Made by a program: the position numbers and the translations under genes. A stretch of DNA of 64,000 nt, from assembly GCA_965222605.1 (NCBI GenBank), contig OZ244960.1, positions 6,240,001 to 6,304,000 of the forward strand, in the 5' to 3' direction. Below are positions 47,538 through 57,591 of the stretch, piece by piece. Every line of letters starts with the position of its first letter. Position 1 is the first letter of the stretch. The DNA is from Candidatus Latescibacterota bacterium. Lineage in GTDB: Bacteria; Latescibacterota; UBA2968. The notes beneath the pieces were generated by a model. It made no database searches. It saw only the letters and a program-made list of their open reading frames with translations, and was not told the origin of the DNA.

Positions 47538-50500
47538 ATGCACAGACGAGCGAAATCAATAATCTGGATCATGGTCAGCGCGGGCATTGTGCTGGCGGTG
47601 GTGGCGATACTGGTCGCGGGTGGCTATGCCAATGGTCTTTTGCGCGGGTTGGCGCAACGCGCCCTGTCCCGGCAAGGGGATGAGATCTATCTGATTGGTG
47701 AGATCCAGGGCAATCCGCTGGGGGATTGTCGCATTGTAGATGTGCAAGTTGGAGATTGGGTGCAGGTAGATACGCTCGATGTGGCGTACAGTTTTTGGAG
47801 CCTGATAAGGGGTAAGGCTTTGGTCCGTCGGCTGCGGTTGTCGGGGATTGAAATGCGGATTGACGCTTCTGGCGAAGGGACCGAGACGCCGAGGTGGGAT
47901 GCTCCGCCACCCCTGAATTTAGATATCGAGTCGCTGGAGATTGCGGATGCCAATATTGTAGTTGATGGCACACAGGTACGCGATCTCGCCCTAAAGGGCG
48001 CTATTTTTGCGGGAGAATCGGAGTGCCGTTTGATCCTGGAGCGTTTTCGTTCGGTGCAATTCGATCCGCCGCTGGAGATAACCAATCTGTCTGGTATTGC
48101 CATTCTGCAGGGCGGTCACTTGCAATTGAACGATGTGGCGCTGCATACCCGTGAATCTCGTATTTTGCTGCGTGGGTCGGTGCGGCAATTGGATAATCCC
48201 GAGGTGGATCTCGTAGTGGAAGCCGATTCTTTGTGGCTGGCAGATCTCAGAAATCTGGTCAATCTGCCCACACGTGCTGCGCAGGTGCGTGGAAACGTGA
48301 AAGGTAGCCTGCAATCCCTTGTTACAGAACTGGTTGTGAAATATGAAGAAGCTTCAATTGCGTTTAATGGCGTTATGGGAATTGCGCCGTTTGCATTGCG
48401 CGGAGATGTGGTCTTTAAGATCGAGACCGATGATCTTATTTCGTTGGGATACACTGGTGGATTTGACACCGATTTACCCCGTATCAGCACACGCCTGGAC
48501 GGGATGATTACTTTTGCAATAGATTCTTCTGGCGTGGAGAGTGCTGTTGCCGAGGGTGTTTTTCGGCGCGTGCAGTTTGGGGATGCGCGATTCGATTTTG
48601 TGCGTCTTGCCGGTAATTTGGCAAATGGCCTGTTGCAGGCACAGGTCACTGCTAACGGACCAAGTGGCAATATAGTGGGTAGTGGTGAAGTGCGATTGAC
48701 CTCCAGGGATGGCGAATGGGAAATGCGATTCCGCGATCTGCACACTGGCCATTTTCCCGGCGTGCCCGAAAAAGTCGGGCGGACGACGGGGCGTATTGAG
48801 GGTGCGAGATATGTAGATCAACGACTTTTTATCGATCATTTTGAGACGTCTTTGCAGAATTGGGGAACGCACATCAACGGAAATGGGCAATTGCATTTTG
48901 AGGGAGAAAAGCTGGCTATTGCAGGGAATATCCAGGCGAAGGTCGCGTTACCCTTTTTGACGGGTACAGTAAAGTGGGGCACATCACTGACGCTTGAGGG
49001 CAATGTGGATGGCATCGCGGGCGGCGAGTTGACCATTGAATTGGCGGGGGATATTGTGGGCAATGCTGCGGCAGACAGTTTGCGCGTTTCTGCATTGGTC
49101 GATTCTGAGTGGGCATCTGATATTCGCGCTGATCTATCGGGCGCGGGTGGGGTGTTTTCCGCTCAGGGGCGTATTGATCGGCATTCTGAGGGCCAATGGC
49201 TGATGGATGTGCAGGATTTAGAGGCGATAGGCGAGGTGGTTGATCTGGATTTGTCGGGTACGTTGACCCTATCGGGTACATGGTCGGGAACATTAGATAC
49301 GCCCGGTTTTACTGCACAAGGTAGCGCAGATAGTCTCGTTGTGGTGGGCATCCCGCTTCAGAATGTTGGGATTGAGACGCGATGGACGCGCCCAGATTCG
49401 GGGGCTATCGCCTTGCGAATGGATCGCTTAACCTGGGGGGATCGGTCTTTGCAGGCGGTGTTCTTAGATGCCGTGTATGCACGCGGCGAAACATCATTTT
49501 TTTTCGGTAGCGACGAGCAGGTGGATAACCGCGTCCTTTTTTTGGGACGCGTAGAGCAAAAAGAAGACCATTTTCAGGTGGCAATGGATTCACTTTACGT
49601 TAAGGCCGATCAAGTGGTGTTGCACAACGAGGGGCCTGTTCGGTTTGCGTATTCGCCATCTCACGGCGTTCACATCGGGCATTTGGTGCTTTCTGGGCCA
49701 GCGGGGCGTCTGATCGCGCGAGATCAACAGGGTTTTCAGGCGACTGTAGAGGTGTTGTTAAAAGATCTGGATTTGCGCCCCTGGGCGTTTCTGGCGGGCG
49801 TTTCAGATGTGGGTGGTGTTCTCAATGGGGAAATAATTTTTGCTGGCACATTGACCGATCCACTCGTTTTGGGTCAATTCGCGCTCGCAAATGGTAAAAT
49901 ATCAGGTGTGGGATTCGATAGTGCCGCAGGAGAGGTGTCCCTGGGCAATGACAGGATACACTTTGACGTGAAAGTCGTACCCGATGGAGATGAGGTCCTG
50001 GCACTGTTTGGCTACTTTCCCATTGCAGGTGCAGGTGATATGCATCTGCGCGCTCGGTCTGAGGGGATCGCGCTCAAGACACGCCAGAACTTAACGGAGA
50101 AAAAAACGGAATTGGCCGGGATAAAACGATTCGAGGGATTGACATTTGGCACAGTGCCAAACGCGTTTTTCGGTGCCGCTGAGGGGATTTCAGGGATGTT
50201 CTCGTTCGATCTGGAAGCGCGTGGTCGTTTTGAGCAACCGGACATTCGAGGGGTGCTCGAAATTCGAGATGGGGCGTTCCACCTGCCCGATCTGCATCGG
50301 TCTTACACACCTGTTTTTGGACGGGTCGTGGTTGGAGATGGAAAAATTCAGATTGACAGCCTTGCGATTGGGGCTTCGGCAAATATTTCCGGCGATATAA
50401 TGCTCGAGGGTTTTTTGCCGAGCAAATGGAATTTATCTGCACAATTCCGCGATTTTGAACCGGTTGCCCGGCCCGAACTACAACTCGTAATAGATGGACA

Positions 50501-51422
50501 ATTGCAGTTCACCAGCACGCCGCAGGGCAACAATGTTAAGGGCAAACTGGCGATGAAACAGGCAGAGATTCGCCTGGCGGAATTGCTCGGGGTCCCGAGC
50601 TTGGCGACGAAACAGGCAGAGATTCGCTTGACGGAATTGTTCGAAGGACCGGGTACGGAAATGCCGCCGTTTCTGAGGGATCCTGAAATACACCTGCAAG
50701 TGTCTGCCGACAGACAGGTGTGGTTGCGCGACCCGACCTTTGAGGTGGAAATCGGGGGCGATTTGGATGTGATAAAAAATCGCGAAGATTCGCGTATTTA
50801 CGGCACGATGTCGAGCCGCCGGGGCAATTACATCTGGCAAAACCACCACTTGCGTATTACACGAGGTGAAATTCAATTTCAAGGCAGACCCGACTGGAAC
50901 CCCGATCTGGATATTCGCGCCGAGACGCGCGTGCGAGCTGTGATTACAGAGGGCGAGCCGCCAAAGCCTGTTGATATTATTGTCACAGTGGGGGGGACAT
51001 TGACGTATCCGCAGATTTCGTTTGATAGCGATTCGTCATTGGGAGGGGATGCGGGGAATATCGCATCTCTGCTGTTGACTGGCAGACCGGCTGATCAATT
51101 TCAGTTTTCCGGCGGGCACACGCTGGACCTGGTTTTGGGAGTTGCTGCAAATCGCCTGGGGCGACACATTGGACAAAAACTGCGTCTGGATCTGGTGGAA
51201 ATCGATATTGGCGAGGGCAATATCTCCAGGATTCGATTGGGCAAGTATATTGGCAACAGGTTGTTTATGAGTTATGCAAAGGATATTTCGAGCACGGCTT
51301 ATGAAGCGGCGATGGAGTTTGAGATCTGGCCAGAAGTGATATTGGAAGCGAGTCAGATAGAAGAGGAAGATACGCGACGCAGGCGAGGATCGGTAGGGTT
51401 ATTCTGGAAGAAAGAGTGGTGA
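47538..51422 (+). CDS. tamB: translocation/assembly module TamB
   Basis: N-terminal anchor, long beta-taco repeats, C-terminal NPDLDIRA..GGTLTYP..RLGKYIGNRLF (DUF490). Confidence 0.85.
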   Translation: MHRRAKSIIWIMVSAGIVLAVVAILVAGGYANGLLRGLAQRALSRQGDEIYLIGEIQGNPLGDCRIVDVQVGDWVQVDTLDVAYSFWSLIRGKALVRRLRLSGIEMRIDASGEGTETPRWDAPPPLNLDIESLEIADANIVVDGTQVRDLALKGAIFAGESECRLILERFRSVQFDPPLEITNLSGIAILQGGHLQLNDVALHTRESRILLRGSVRQLDNPEVDLVVEADSLWLADLRNLVNLPTRAAQVRGNVKGSLQSLVTELVVKYEEASIAFNGVMGIAPFALRGDVVFKIETDDLISLGYTGGFDTDLPRISTRLDGMITFAIDSSGVESAVAEGVFRRVQFGDARFDFVRLAGNLANGLLQAQVTANGPSGNIVGSGEVRLTSRDGEWEMRFRDLHTGHFPGVPEKVGRTTGRIEGARYVDQRLFIDHFETSLQNWGTHINGNGQLHFEGEKLAIAGNIQAKVALPFLTGTVKWGTSLTLEGNVDGIAGGELTIELAGDIVGNAAADSLRVSALVDSEWASDIRADLSGAGGVFSAQGRIDRHSEGQWLMDVQDLEAIGEVVDLDLSGTLTLSGTWSGTLDTPGFTAQGSADSLVVVGIPLQNVGIETRWTRPDSGAIALRMDRLTWGDRSLQAVFLDAVYARGETSFFFGSDEQVDNRVLFLGRVEQKEDHFQVAMDSLYVKADQVVLHNEGPVRFAYSPSHGVHIGHLVLSGPAGRLIARDQQGFQATVEVLLKDLDLRPWAFLAGVSDVGGVLNGEIIFAGTLTDPLVLGQFALANGKISGVGFDSAAGEVSLGNDRIHFDVKVVPDGDEVLALFGYFPIAGAGDMHLRARSEGIALKTRQNLTEKKTELAGIKRFEGLTFGTVPNAFFGAAEGISGMFSFDLEARGRFEQPDIRGVLEIRDGAFHLPDLHRSYTPVFGRVVVGDGKIQIDSLAIGASANISGDIMLEGFLPSKWNLSAQFRDFEPVARPELQLVIDGQLQFTSTPQGNNVKGKLAMKQAEIRLAELLGVPSLATKQAEIRLTELFEGPGTEMPPFLRDPEIHLQVSADRQVWLRDPTFEVEIGGDLDVIKNREDSRIYGTMSSRRGNYIWQNHHLRITRGEIQFQGRPDWNPDLDIRAETRVRAVITEGEPPKPVDIIVTVGGTLTYPQISFDSDSSLGGDAGNIASLLLTGRPADQFQFSGGHTLDLVLGVAANRLGRHIGQKLRLDLVEIDIGEGNISRIRLGKYIGNRLFMSYAKDISSTAYEAAMEFEIWPEVILEASQIEEEDTRRRRGSVGLFWKKEW
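50548..50643 (+). repeat. 54-bp-period in-frame tandem duplication inside tamB
   Basis: AMKQAEIRLAELL / ATKQAEIRLTELF. Confidence 0.8.
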
Positions 51423-51442
51423 GGAAAAATAAAATATAGGGG

Positions 51443-51481
51443 AAAAAACTGCCTCCCGAGATTTTTGGGGTGGCAGTTTTT
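51443..51481. terminator. bidirectional terminator
   Basis: AAAAAACTGCC.CCC...GGG.GGCAGTTTTT between convergent genes. Confidence 0.7.
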
Positions 51482-51483
51482 CA

Positions 51484-53184
51484 TTATGGGGTAATCTTTA
51501 GAAGCTCAGCCACTTCTTCTGATGTGCGGTATTTGCCGTCAAAGAGTTGGAGAAGATAGAGTTGGTAGGTGAGGTAGCGCCCCAGAATGATAGTGTGGTC
51601 TTCACCTGCGAGGTGGCGTTGCCAGAGTTTGGAGGTTTCAGATGTGTTGTAGAGAAGATGGTCGCACAAATTTTTACCCGGCGATTGGCGCAACCAATTC
51701 GCGTAATCGGCAAAGGTATGGGACGGGCGGTTGTGCAATCGGGTGAGACCCCGCAGGATTTTGACGGTCCAGGAAGAATGGGATAAGGGAAATCCCGTGG
51801 CTTGATAGGGAATATTTTTGAAATATTCGGGAAAGGTTTCGAGAAGCATTTGTCGGTAGAGGCGATTGTTGGCTTTTTGTTGCAGGGGAATAGAATAGAG
51901 AAATTCCTGAACCTGATTGTCGAGGAATGGCAAGCGGTATTCGAGGCCGTGCAAAAGTCCCAGCCGGGGACCGTGCAGGGTGAACCCACGCATGCGCCAG
52001 TCTATGTAAAAAGCATGTGCTGATCCCGCCTTGTTAAATGCGGTTTCCAAATGTTGGATCACGTCGCTATTTGCCCGGATGTGTAGCTTATTTTTCAGGT
52101 AGGCTGAGAGTTGGTTGGGGCGAAACAGATGGCCTGCACCTGCTAACCCGTCGCCTCCTGCGCCGTTGAGGCAGATATCACAGGCTTCTTTCTGTTGCTT
52201 GAGGTGTTCAATACCGTGCATATGGAGCAGGTCGAGTGCGCCATCGGCATACCACACGCCGGAGATTCTCGGCAAGAGCCAATTTTTATTGTGGAGGGGG
52301 AGGACGGTATGTGGCGCGTTTTTTACAGATGCTGCTTGAGCTGCAATGCGAACATCGGCACTGTCGGGATGGCCAAATGTGAAGGTTTTAGGTACTCGGG
52401 ACATGGCGGCGAGAATCGCACGCGAATCGAGGCCTCCGCTGAGAGCGAGACCGGTTTGCGACGTGGTTCTCTGTTCTACGGCAGTGCGAAAGCGCGCGCC
52501 CAATTCATGTGCCAATTCGCGTTGGCTGTGATGCCGAGCAAGGGGGACAATTTCATCCCACGACCAGTAGCGTCGCTGTGTAAGACTGCCGTCCGAGATG
52601 CGAAACGTCATTTTCGTTGCAGCAGGCACGGGCGCGACGCCTTTGAGCCAGGTGCGATCAGAAGGCAATTGTCCTGTGGCAAAAAATATGTCGCGGGAAA
52701 TGGGGTCAATCGCAGGCGAAAACCCGGGCAGCGCAAGAAAAGCTTTGGTCTGAGAGGCCCATGCAATGCGATTGCCCAGGCGCGTCCAGTAGAGCGGGCG
52801 CAAGCCATAGCGATCAGTGACAATGTGCAGTTCATTTTTGTGCGTATCGAAAACCACCCCGGCAAAAAGGCCATCGATACGGTTCAGTAGTTCGCGCTCG
52901 TCCGTGATGGCATGAACCAAAAATTCGGGGTCAGAAGTAGCAGATCGAGCCAGCGTGGCGCGATCAAAAAATTCACCGTCGAGCCAGGCAATATGTCCCG
53001 TTTGCGTCTGGCAAACAGGGGGGGTGGCACGCCAATCTGGCGCGAACGCGACGCCCGCAATGTGCGGGGCAACGACGAAGGGATGCGCTTTTTGGTGTAC
53101 GACAAGGCTATCTGCCATGCGCGTGAGTTCGCGGGTGAGTTCGCGGAAGTCAAGAGGCGATTGGGATGTGAATCCTGCGAGCAT
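51484..53184 (-). CDS. asparagine synthetase B-like (Ntn plus ATP-PPase) protein
   Basis: IDGLFA, TDRYGLRPLY, ALSGGLDSR, NGAGGD, RLPFLD. Confidence 0.85.
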   Translation of the reverse strand: MLAGFTSQSPLDFRELTRELTRMADSLVVHQKAHPFVVAPHIAGVAFAPDWRATPPVCQTQTGHIAWLDGEFFDRATLARSATSDPEFLVHAITDERELLNRIDGLFAGVVFDTHKNELHIVTDRYGLRPLYWTRLGNRIAWASQTKAFLALPGFSPAIDPISRDIFFATGQLPSDRTWLKGVAPVPAATKMTFRISDGSLTQRRYWSWDEIVPLARHHSQRELAHELGARFRTAVEQRTTSQTGLALSGGLDSRAILAAMSRVPKTFTFGHPDSADVRIAAQAASVKNAPHTVLPLHNKNWLLPRISGVWYADGALDLLHMHGIEHLKQQKEACDICLNGAGGDGLAGAGHLFRPNQLSAYLKNKLHIRANSDVIQHLETAFNKAGSAHAFYIDWRMRGFTLHGPRLGLLHGLEYRLPFLDNQVQEFLYSIPLQQKANNRLYRQMLLETFPEYFKNIPYQATGFPLSHSSWTVKILRGLTRLHNRPSHTFADYANWLRQSPGKNLCDHLLYNTSETSKLWQRHLAGEDHTIILGRYLTYQLYLLQLFDGKYRTSEEVAELLKITP

Positions 53185-53336
53185 AAAAAAATACCTATTT
53201 AAATACCCACTGACGTTCGTCCGAGATTACATGTATCCAATATAAGGAAAACTTTATGATTTCACTTTTCATTTTTCGCTTTTATAGGTACAATAGGACA
53301 GTTCTAATATCGTCGCATTTAACCACAGAGGTCGAA

Positions 53337-54569
53337 ATGGCGGAGAAGAATTACAAGGTTCGCGCAGCGCATTGCAATTGGCGGGCATCGGAGGAAGAAA
53401 TATACCGGACGTTGCGCCGAATTACAGACCCATTGCACCGGTCGTGGGAAAAGTTGGAGAAAGCCAATCGGATTGTGATCAAGTTCAATATGATGAAGCT
53501 ACACAATCGCATTATTTACTACATGGGACGGCGGCGCGAGTTGGTCGATGACATGGTCGCCCGCGCTGTTTTGCGTTTGTTGCGAGAACGAACCCGTGCG
53601 GAAATTGTTGCGACGGATACCAATCCCTATACGCGCGAACATCTGATGGGTGAGGATTTTAATTACGCGCATATTTTGAAAGAATACGATGTGGGGTTTG
53701 TCGATTCAAACGCGCCGCCCTTCAAACAGTATGATGTGCCGGGGGGCGGATGTATGTTTGACCGCTATACACTCAGCGCGTGCTTTGAAGGAGCCGAGGT
53801 GGTTTCTGTGGCTAAGATGAAGAATCATCTGTTTATGGGTGTTACGCTATGTATGAAAAACCTGTTTGGTTTGCCTCCGATCACGCTGCCATACGGCCGC
53901 GTCCGATCCTATTATCACCACTTTATCCGCCTGTCTTATGTGTTGCCCGATTTGGGATTGATTACCCAACCCTGTTTGAATATCGTAGATGCACTAACCG
54001 GGCAATGGGGTAGAGAGTGGGGCGGACAGGGGCGTATCTGCAATGCGTTATTAGCGGGCGACCATGTAACCGCTACCGATGCTTGTGGAACCTATTTGAT
54101 GGGTCACGACCCCGCGTCTGATTGGCCTAACCCGCCGTTTCGACGCGACCGCAATCATTTGTTGATCGCGGCTAAGCGCGGTTTTGGTACGGTTGATTTG
54201 CGGGAGATCGATTTTGAAAGCGAGGTATCTGCCCCTTTGGCCGAGTTTGATTCGGAGCGCACAGATAGCGAGAAAATAGTGGAAAGCTGGCGCCGCACCA
54301 CCTGTGAGCAGGCTCTGATTTACCGAGACCGGCGGCGGGGTATCGTTGACCGATATCGGAATGAATTTATCTTTTTGCAAGATGGCGACGTGGTCTGGCA
54401 CGGTGCGGACCCCGCCAATTTGGGCAGCCGCAGACAGTTGAGCGGACAGAAAAAGGACCAGGGGATGTGGCTTAAGTTAGTCGATCCCGAAGAAACCGAA
54501 GGCGAACGCTTTGAGACTTATGAGGCGTGTTTATCCGCAGATGGCGCAGAAAAAACGCGAATAGTTTGA
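53337..54569 (+). CDS. DUF362 domain protein
   Basis: IVIKFN, VSVAKMKNH..GVTLCMKNLFG, LNIVDAL, DHVTATD. Confidence 0.8.
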   Translation: MAEKNYKVRAAHCNWRASEEEIYRTLRRITDPLHRSWEKLEKANRIVIKFNMMKLHNRIIYYMGRRRELVDDMVARAVLRLLRERTRAEIVATDTNPYTREHLMGEDFNYAHILKEYDVGFVDSNAPPFKQYDVPGGGCMFDRYTLSACFEGAEVVSVAKMKNHLFMGVTLCMKNLFGLPPITLPYGRVRSYYHHFIRLSYVLPDLGLITQPCLNIVDALTGQWGREWGGQGRICNALLAGDHVTATDACGTYLMGHDPASDWPNPPFRRDRNHLLIAAKRGFGTVDLREIDFESEVSAPLAEFDSERTDSEKIVESWRRTTCEQALIYRDRRRGIVDRYRNEFIFLQDGDVVWHGADPANLGSRRQLSGQKKDQGMWLKLVDPEETEGERFETYEACLSADGAEKTRIV

Positions 54570-54582
54570 GCGTTTTACGCAG

Positions 54583-55338
54583 ATGAAAGGCGAAAAGGAT
54601 AGGTTGCGAACTGAGTTACTCATGTTAGAAGGAAATACTGCCCATGTCTGGGCAGTGGATTTAGAGCGCGAGACACACCTGTTGGCCGAGGTGCTATCGG
54701 CAGATGAGTGGGCGCGTGCCGATAGGTTTCTCTTTGAAAAGCACCGAGCGCATTTTGTTGCTGCACGCGGATGTCTGCGTGCGATTCTCGCAAAATACAT
54801 GGAGTGCAAGCCAGGTGAACTGGCTTTTTTTTATGGCGAACACGGCAAACCCGCTCTGGCATCTCCTTGGGATAAATCCCAATTGCGATTCAATCTGAGC
54901 CATTCGGCAGGACTGGCCCTTATCGCGGTTTCTCGGTGCTGCGAGATTGGGGTTGATGTTGAGCATCTCAGTCGCAAGGTCAATCAGATGAAAAATATTG
55001 CGAGACGCTTTTTCGCGCCTGGCGAATACAAGCGGTTGTGTGCGTTGCCGCGAGAAGAACAGCGTCGGGCTTTTTTTAATTGCTGGACGCGCAAAGAGGC
55101 ATATCTGAAAGCTGTGGGTACCGGTTTTGCTCAGTCATTAAAAAATTTTGAAGTCAGTTTGGGGCACAAGGCAAAATTGTTGCAAATAAAAGAAGGCAAT
55201 ACAGAAAATTGGACGCTGCGGCACCTCGCCCCTGCGAAGGGTTATGTCGGCTCGGTCGCGATTGCGGGGAAAGATGTTGAGGTGAAGATGGTGAAACACT
55301 TGTCGCGTGATCTTTGTCTCAATAAGGGTGTGAATTAA
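54583..55338 (+). CDS. Sfp-type 4'-phosphopantetheinyl transferase
   Basis: HGKP, FNLSHS, IGVDVE, WTRKEAYLKA.G.G; start may be 54622. Confidence 0.92.
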   Translation: MKGEKDRLRTELLMLEGNTAHVWAVDLERETHLLAEVLSADEWARADRFLFEKHRAHFVAARGCLRAILAKYMECKPGELAFFYGEHGKPALASPWDKSQLRFNLSHSAGLALIAVSRCCEIGVDVEHLSRKVNQMKNIARRFFAPGEYKRLCALPREEQRRAFFNCWTRKEAYLKAVGTGFAQSLKNFEVSLGHKAKLLQIKEGNTENWTLRHLAPAKGYVGSVAIAGKDVEVKMVKHLSRDLCLNKGVN

Positions 55339-55355
55339 AACGCAAGGGTGACTTG

Positions 55356-57575
55356 ATGGATCGTTTACTGGATAATGGACATAGTTTGAATTGGTTGAGA
55401 CACGCCTTGCCCGATGGGGAAGACGAACTTATCCGGGTGCAGACAGATCTGGATGAAAAAGGCGACTTCGGAAACCAGTGGGTGGTTGTGACGCGCAAGC
55501 GCGTGCTGGTGCGGCAAAATGGTGCTATTGCAGATATTCCTATTTCCGAAATTGAACTGGCGCGAACTGAGGCTTTGGTGGGCGGTGCGCGTCTGGAAAT
55601 TCATCGAAAAGATAAGCCGACCGTTCACGTTCCGTATTCCCTGACGCAGGCACAAAAATTTTCGGAGACCACGCGAGGAATTGAGCAACTGCGCAAGGAG
55701 CAGGAATTTTTTATTAATGCGAACCTCGATCGCACAATCTGCGAATCGTGTGGCCGACTGTTGCCCGAAAAAAATGGAATATGTCCAGCGTGTTTGAACA
55801 AATTTGCAACGCTGGGGCGCCTTGCATCGTATTTGAAGCCCTACAAAAAACGTGCGATTGTGCTGGCTCTGGCGTCTATTGTGACGACGGTTGCCGAGTT
55901 GATTCCGCCTTATGTAACCAAGCTCATTGTCGATGACGTGTTGGTGCTGCCCGAGGGCGCAGAGGCACTGTACGACGAACGGCTCAGTTTGCTCGGCTGG
56001 CTCGTGATGGTTCTGGTGGGGATCCGGCTGCTAACCTGGGGGGCAGAATGGGCGCACGGCTGGACAGTTACATGGCTTTCCGCGCGGGTGACGGCGGATA
56101 TCCGCAGCCAGCTTTACAGGCGTTTGGAGTTGCTCTCCCTGCAATTTTACGACAAACGACAAGTTGGCGCAGTGATGTCTCGCGTGACGACAGATAGTAG
56201 CCGCTTACAGCTTTTTTTGGTCGATGGATTGCCCTATCTGGTAATCGAGGCAATGATGTTGCTGGGGATTCTCGCTGCGTTGTTTATGATGAGTTGGTCA
56301 CTGGCTATTCTGGTGCTGATTCCCGTTCCGTTAATCATGATCTGGGGATATGCGTTTTATCGGCGGATGCGGAAACTTTTTACCCGCTGGATGCAGTCGT
56401 GGTCTGAAACCATGGCGCGAGTCAATGAAGCGCTCACGGGTATTCGCGTGGTAAAGGCGTTTGCACAGGAAAAGCAGGAAATCCGGGTATTCAAAAGGCG
56501 CAATGACAAATTGACGCGCATCGGCATTACCACAGAGGTCAACCGGGGCATTTTTTACAAAACGATGACCTTATTGACGGCGGCTGGCGTGATTATTGTG
56601 TGGTATTACGGGGGGCTGGAGGTGATCGATGGGGAGTTGACGCTCGGCACTTTGATGGCTTTTTACAGTTATATGATGTTGCTCTACGGGCCGCTGGAAT
56701 GGTTTGGGATGGTCAATTCGTGGATGACGCGCGCCATGGCCGGAGCAGAGCGCATTTTTGAAATTATCGACACGCCATCCGAAGCGTATCAGGACCCCAA
56801 TGCCGTGCCGATGCCCCATATTGAAGGGCGCGTGAAGTTCAATGACGTCACATTTGGATACGACAAGAGCAAGCCCGTGCTTCACGAGATCAACCTCGAT
56901 GTCAAACCGGGGGAGATGATCGGGTTGGTGGGAAAGTCCGGCGTGGGCAAGACGACAACGGCAAATCTGATTTGTCGGTTCTACGATGTTGACCGCGGAA
57001 GCATTGAGGTGGATGGGGTGGATTTGCGCGATATACGGCTGGAGGATTTGCGGTCTCAAATTGGCATTGTGTTGCAAGAGCCATTCCTGTTTTCGGGCAG
57101 CATTGCAGAAAATATCGGCTATGGCAAGCCGGGCGCAACATTCGATGAGATTGTGGCAGCGGCCAGGGCTGCCCATGCACACGACTTTATTGTGACGAAG
57201 TCCGATGGCTATGATACGCTTATCGGCGAGCGTGGAGAATCGCTTTCGGGGGGTGAACGGCAACGCGTGTCCATTGCACGGGCTATTTTACACGATCCCA
57301 AAATTTTGATCTTAGACGAGGCCACATCGTCTGTTGATGTGCAAACGGAAAAACGCATTCAAGATGCGGTTGTGCGATTGGTCAAAGGACGAACGACTTT
57401 TGCAATAGCCCACCGTTTATCTACCCTTCGCAATGCCGATCGGTTGCTGGTGATGGATGCCGGACGCATTGTGGAAATGGGAACTCACCGCGAATTGCTG
57501 AAAAGAAAAGGTGCGTTTTACAAATTGGTGCAGATGCAAGAAGAGATTTCACAAATTATAGCGATTAAGGAATAG
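55356..57575 (+). CDS. ABC exporter (TMD plus NBD) with N-terminal PH-like domain and Zn ribbon
   Basis: CESC...CPAC, GKSGVGKT, LSGGERQR, LILDEATS. Confidence 0.92.
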   Translation: MDRLLDNGHSLNWLRHALPDGEDELIRVQTDLDEKGDFGNQWVVVTRKRVLVRQNGAIADIPISEIELARTEALVGGARLEIHRKDKPTVHVPYSLTQAQKFSETTRGIEQLRKEQEFFINANLDRTICESCGRLLPEKNGICPACLNKFATLGRLASYLKPYKKRAIVLALASIVTTVAELIPPYVTKLIVDDVLVLPEGAEALYDERLSLLGWLVMVLVGIRLLTWGAEWAHGWTVTWLSARVTADIRSQLYRRLELLSLQFYDKRQVGAVMSRVTTDSSRLQLFLVDGLPYLVIEAMMLLGILAALFMMSWSLAILVLIPVPLIMIWGYAFYRRMRKLFTRWMQSWSETMARVNEALTGIRVVKAFAQEKQEIRVFKRRNDKLTRIGITTEVNRGIFYKTMTLLTAAGVIIVWYYGGLEVIDGELTLGTLMAFYSYMMLLYGPLEWFGMVNSWMTRAMAGAERIFEIIDTPSEAYQDPNAVPMPHIEGRVKFNDVTFGYDKSKPVLHEINLDVKPGEMIGLVGKSGVGKTTTANLICRFYDVDRGSIEVDGVDLRDIRLEDLRSQIGIVLQEPFLFSGSIAENIGYGKPGATFDEIVAAARAAHAHDFIVTKSDGYDTLIGERGESLSGGERQRVSIARAILHDPKILILDEATSSVDVQTEKRIQDAVVRLVKGRTTFAIAHRLSTLRNADRLLVMDAGRIVEMGTHRELLKRKGAFYKLVQMQEEISQIIAIKE

Positions 57576-57591
57576 TTTGTCAGAGGTTTAC

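Noticed and set aside
51484-55338. Lasso peptide or NRPS/PKS cluster
   Set aside because: No precursor, B protein, carrier protein or synthetase in the window.
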